Positions 60,508 to 64,000 of a DNA stretch of 64,000 nucleotides are shown in pieces. Made by a program: the position numbers and the translations under genes. Positions within the stretch are counted from its first letter, which is position 1. Every line of letters starts with the position of its first letter. Below the pieces are notes generated by a model. It searched no databases, was not told the origin of the DNA, and saw nothing but the letters and a program-made list of their open reading frames with translations. This DNA comes from Candidatus Marinacidobacterales bacterium. Lineage in GTDB: Bacteria > Acidobacteriota > Vicinamibacteria > Marinacidobacterales > SMYC01. The stretch lies in the NCBI GenBank assembly GCA_965224085.1, contig CBDCYI010000004.1, positions 192,001 through 256,000 on the forward strand, read 5' to 3'.

Positions 60508-62004
60508 GTCGAGTAGCTCAGCCATTCGGCTTTCGCCCTCACAGATCCGAGCGTGCGGCTTTCCCGCACTCGGCTCCTCCTGAAGGTATACCCGAAATCA
60601 GACAAGGCAAGGTAGTCGGGACGGAGTGAGGTGAGGGACTGGTAGGGGAAAGCGCTCCAACAACAAGTGAAAACGAGGCCAGGTCATTCGGCGCTGACTC
60701 CGCCGACGAAGGCTTCGAAACCACAACCGTGTCACCTCCTCAGAAAAGGATTGGAGAGAGCGGATGTTGCTGGGAAGTCCGTAGTACGCGTAGTGACCGC
60801 GCAGCACCTGGCAAAGCCAGCGATGCTGGACGGCGACTGGAGCATGCATACGTTGCTTCGCGCGAAGCCGTAGCGACTTGAGTTTGGCTCGTAGCCGCTG
60901 GCTCTGCGTTTTGCGCTTCACGACGAAACGGCCATCGCGGGTTCTCCCACAATAATGAGTGAAACCCAGGAAAGCGAACGTCGCACACCGCCGAAGGCCC
61001 CGTTGCTCGCGTGACAAGGAAGGTAATCTCCCGAACTCGAGCAAACGGGTCTTGTTCTCGTGGAGCGCAAGCCCGAATCGGGCTAGTCGCTCCTTGAGCG
61101 CTCTCATCATCCTGCTGGCATCGGTCCGATGCTGGAAGCCCATGACGAAGTCGTCAGCGTATCGCACGATGGAAATACGGCCTTGTGCTTCGAGCCGGCG
61201 CCATCGATGAACCCACAGATCTAGAACGTAGTGCAGAAAGACGTTAGCCAAGAGCGGGCTCACACCTGCCCCTTGCGGTGTCCCTTCAGTTGTCTCGCTC
61301 CACTCTCCTTTCTCCAGTACGCCGGCTCGCAACCACTGACGGATGAGTCGAAGGATGCGTTTGTCGGCGACCCGGTGCGAAAGCATCCGCATCAACCACT
61401 CGTGGTCCACCGAGTCGAAGAACTTGCGGATGTCCGCGTCGAGAACCCAGTTCACGCGTTGCGTCATGAGCGCGGTGTGGAGCGCGTGCAACGCTTGGTG
61501 CGGGCTCCGTCCGGGCCGAAACCCGTACGAGAACCCGATGAAATCGACTTCGTAGACGGCGCTCAAAACCTCGGCTACCGCTCCTTGGACAATCTTGTCT
61601 TCCAGTGCGGGGATGCCAAGAGGGCGCTTTCCGCCATCCGACTTAGGAATGTACACGCGCCGCACCGGTAGTGGTCGGTAGCGACCGGCGTGTACCCGCG
61701 AGCAAAGATCCTTGATGTTGCTCACGAAGTTCTTCTCGTAATCGGCGACAGTCTCTCCGTCGACACCAGCGCTTGCGCTGCGCTTCAACCGACGAAACGC
61801 TCGATAGAGCGCTTCGTGATCCACGTGATGCAGCAACGCAGTGAACCGAGCCTTTCTATCTCGCTTCGCTGCTTCGTTCACCCGCGTGAGATTTGGCGGT
61901 AAGGCGACCCGGCGCTGTGTCCGGACCTTAGCCCTCTCCCGTGGGTTCCCTCCAGGCCGATCCCTTCCCTCCACCATCTCGTTGCCTTCGATAGCTTCCT
62001 CAGT
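60508..62004 (-). mobile_element. Group II intron A, 3' half (DIII remainder, ORF, DV, DVI); outer intron
   Basis: DV GAGCCGAGTGCGGGAAAGCCGCACGCTCGGATCTG; DVI ends CTACTCGAC at 60508. Confidence 0.85.
60598..61977 (-). CDS. ltrA: Group II intron reverse transcriptase/maturase, no endonuclease domain
   Basis: RPLGIP, GFRPGRS, DADIRKFFD, GTPQG, RYADD, FLGF; start uncertain. Confidence 0.92.
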   Translation of the reverse strand: MVEGRDRPGGNPRERAKVRTQRRVALPPNLTRVNEAAKRDRKARFTALLHHVDHEALYRAFRRLKRSASAGVDGETVADYEKNFVSNIKDLCSRVHAGRYRPLPVRRVYIPKSDGGKRPLGIPALEDKIVQGAVAEVLSAVYEVDFIGFSYGFRPGRSPHQALHALHTALMTQRVNWVLDADIRKFFDSVDHEWLMRMLSHRVADKRILRLIRQWLRAGVLEKGEWSETTEGTPQGAGVSPLLANVFLHYVLDLWVHRWRRLEAQGRISIVRYADDFVMGFQHRTDASRMMRALKERLARFGLALHENKTRLLEFGRLPSLSREQRGLRRCATFAFLGFTHYCGRTRDGRFVVKRKTQSQRLRAKLKSLRLRAKQRMHAPVAVQHRWLCQVLRGHYAYYGLPSNIRSLQSFSEEVTRLWFRSLRRRSQRRMTWPRFHLLLERFPLPVPHLTPSRLPCLV

Positions 62005-64000
62005 GTCGGGTCGGAGGGGGCGCACCGCAGCGCTGACCCCCGTCCGCCGCTCAAACCGGACATACAGTTTTCCCGTATCCGGCTTTCACAAAGGTTGGAT
62101 TATTCATCGCGGCTTGATGGAAGGAATCAGGAAGACAAAGCGTACGAGGCCCATCTCATCGTAGAGCTGACGCTCCGGGAGCTGCTTCCACCCCCGACAG
62201 CGCCAGCGTTTGAACCGATGCGACCAGATACGTCGCAGGATCCAACGATCGAGACGCGCGAAGAGCTTGCGGACGTGAGCTTTATGATAGTAAAGACCCC
62301 AACCGCGAATAACCGGGTTGATCTCGTCGATTAGCTGCTGCGTACTCACAGGAGCTTTGCGACAGGTCCGTCGCCGAATCTGATCCTTGAAGTGCTGGAG
62401 CGACTTCTGTCGAGGGTACGCGTACAGGTCACCCTTGCGGACACCCGTACGGATCTTGTGTGAGGGTAGGGCCAAAGGGCGACTACCCCGCTTGATCTTG
62501 TATCCCAAGAACTCGAAGCCGTGTGCAACGTGAACGATACGAGTCTTCTCCACGTTCAAGGTTACACCCAACGTCGTAAGGATCATCCGGGCTTCGGCCA
62601 GCACCTTCTGGGCCTCTGCCTTGGTGCAGCATGTCACGACCCAGTCGTCGGCATACCGCGTCAGGCGATAGCCACGATGGCGCATCTCCCGATCAAACGG
62701 AGTCAAAAGGACGTTACTTAAGATCGGTGAGACCACACCGCCTTGCGGTGCACCTTGCTCGGTCGGGAGCCGTCTCCCCTCCGCCATGCAGCCTGCTTTG
62801 AGCATGCTGCGAATAAGACGAAGGACGCGACCATCCGACACTCGCTTGGCAACAAGAGCGAGGAGCTTCTCATGGTCCACAGTCCCAAAGAAATTGGAAA
62901 GATCCGCATCCACGATCCACTCGTAACCCTCTTCGATCTCTTGCCAGATCTTGCGTAAAGCATCCTTTGTCGATCTTCCTCGTCGATATCCGAAGCTGGC
63001 GGCATCGAACACCTGCTCGAAGATCGGTTCCAACCGGTTCTGCAGTGCCTGCTGACACACGCGGTCATAAACGGCCGGAATGCCGAGCGGGCGGAACTTT
63101 CCCGGTTGTCCAGCCTTGGGAATGAGTTTCTGCCGAACAGGTAGTGGACGATAGGCATCGGTCTTGAGCTCCTCATGGAGTCGGTTGAGGTGCGCATCAA
63201 GCTGCTCCTCAAACTCGTCCAGAGTTTGTCCATCGATGCCACCGGCACCCTTGTTCCGCTTCACTCGGTTCCAGGCCAGCTCCAAGTTCTTCCGCTTGTA
63301 TATCTTGTCCACCAGAGAGTGGACCTTCCTCTCACCCGTTGGGTTCAACCAGGCCGACAGTTTCCTCGGACGATCACTTCTGGGTCTTTCACTAAAGGAA
63401 CTTATCCGCGTCATCGCCCTTACTCGTCTGTCATCCTTGTTGTCACCAACCACCTTTGCCAGCCCCCTTCCCCAGCCCACTCGGCTGCCGATCTCTCGAT
63501 CACACGACTTTCACCGCGCTTCAGGTACTATTGGGCTGTCCGACGACTCACCCGGCTTCACTTCCCATTTCGCTCTCGCTTATAGGGTCGCTTATCCCGA
63601 CGCCACTCGGGAACCCAATGAGCCCTCCTGGGGTCACGTCCAGATCTTCCGTACCGTGCCGTCCGCAAACACCTTGATTCGGTGGGTGAATGAGAACGCC
63701 TTCGCCTCCATAGTGCAGGCTCGACCTTGCCCCACCTTTGGCCGACCGGTTCATCAACGGGGTCGCCCCCTCGATTACGGCCCGGTACTGCTCCGCATAC
63801 CCTTCAGATTCCACCTCGCGGTGGACACCCTGTCCTCCAGTTGTCCAGTGGACAGAACCCGAACTTAGGTACATCCCCTTGGCAGTAGCCATCGTTTCCA
63901 ACTTCGTGCCCGTTTAGGGTTCTCCTTATCCGCGTTCCCCGGCCAGCGAGGCGTTACCCCCGCTTTTGGATATGGCGCTCCTCATCCGAGCACCAGAGGG
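62005..64000 (-). mobile_element. Group II intron B; inner intron, 5' end beyond the window
   Basis: DV AAGCCGGATACGGGAAAACTGTATGTCCGGTTTG; DVI ends CGACCCGAC at 62005; about 580 nt of structured leader with a TAGTACC DIII-like motif. Confidence 0.85.
62104..63414 (-). CDS. ltrA: Group II intron reverse transcriptase/maturase, no endonuclease domain
   Basis: RPLGIP, DADLSNFF, GAPQGG, RYADD, FEFLGY, NPVIRGW. Confidence 0.93.
   Translation of the reverse strand: MTRISSFSERPRSDRPRKLSAWLNPTGERKVHSLVDKIYKRKNLELAWNRVKRNKGAGGIDGQTLDEFEEQLDAHLNRLHEELKTDAYRPLPVRQKLIPKAGQPGKFRPLGIPAVYDRVCQQALQNRLEPIFEQVFDAASFGYRRGRSTKDALRKIWQEIEEGYEWIVDADLSNFFGTVDHEKLLALVAKRVSDGRVLRLIRSMLKAGCMAEGRRLPTEQGAPQGGVVSPILSNVLLTPFDREMRHRGYRLTRYADDWVVTCCTKAEAQKVLAEARMILTTLGVTLNVEKTRIVHVAHGFEFLGYKIKRGSRPLALPSHKIRTGVRKGDLYAYPRQKSLQHFKDQIRRRTCRKAPVSTQQLIDEINPVIRGWGLYYHKAHVRKLFARLDRWILRRIWSHRFKRWRCRGWKQLPERQLYDEMGLVRFVFLIPSIKPR

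Noticed and set aside
60598-63414. Two RTs as a retron, DGR or defence RT system
   Set aside because: Both have group II maturase features and their own DV/DVI; no TR/VR pair or msr-msd is seen.
1-64000. CRISPR array, tRNA or rRNA genes
   Set aside because: No regularly spaced repeats, cas genes or recognisable structural RNA genes found by eye.

Overview
This is a high-GC bacterial window. Acidobacteriota is likely, inferred from an ADOP-type permease, a GWxTD protein, a CxCxC-family protein and a carboxypeptidase-domain TonB receptor. Intact islands include a threonine dehydratase with pruA, kynA-kynU, a DsrEFH-like trio, a SorAB-like sulfite oxidase, rlpA, nth, a TldD pair, vapBC and an 8-heme cytochrome. 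They alternate with many truncated, frameshifted or chimeric gene pieces. The mobile elements are the most interesting part: (1) an intact IS110 recombinase element (about 30300-31783) whose structured 5' non-coding region matches both of its own junctions, making it a candidate bridge RNA; (2) a collapsed mini-IS110 at about 301-554 that the ORF track misses; (3) a 189-bp TTAA-flanked MITE inside a phasin gene; (4) IS-end remnants around a passenger gene; (5) a group II intron nested inside a second group II intron (60508 to the window end). An exact 49-bp copy of kynU coding sequence also sits 12.5 kb away in an intergenic region. All family calls come from reading motifs by eye; no database searches were run.
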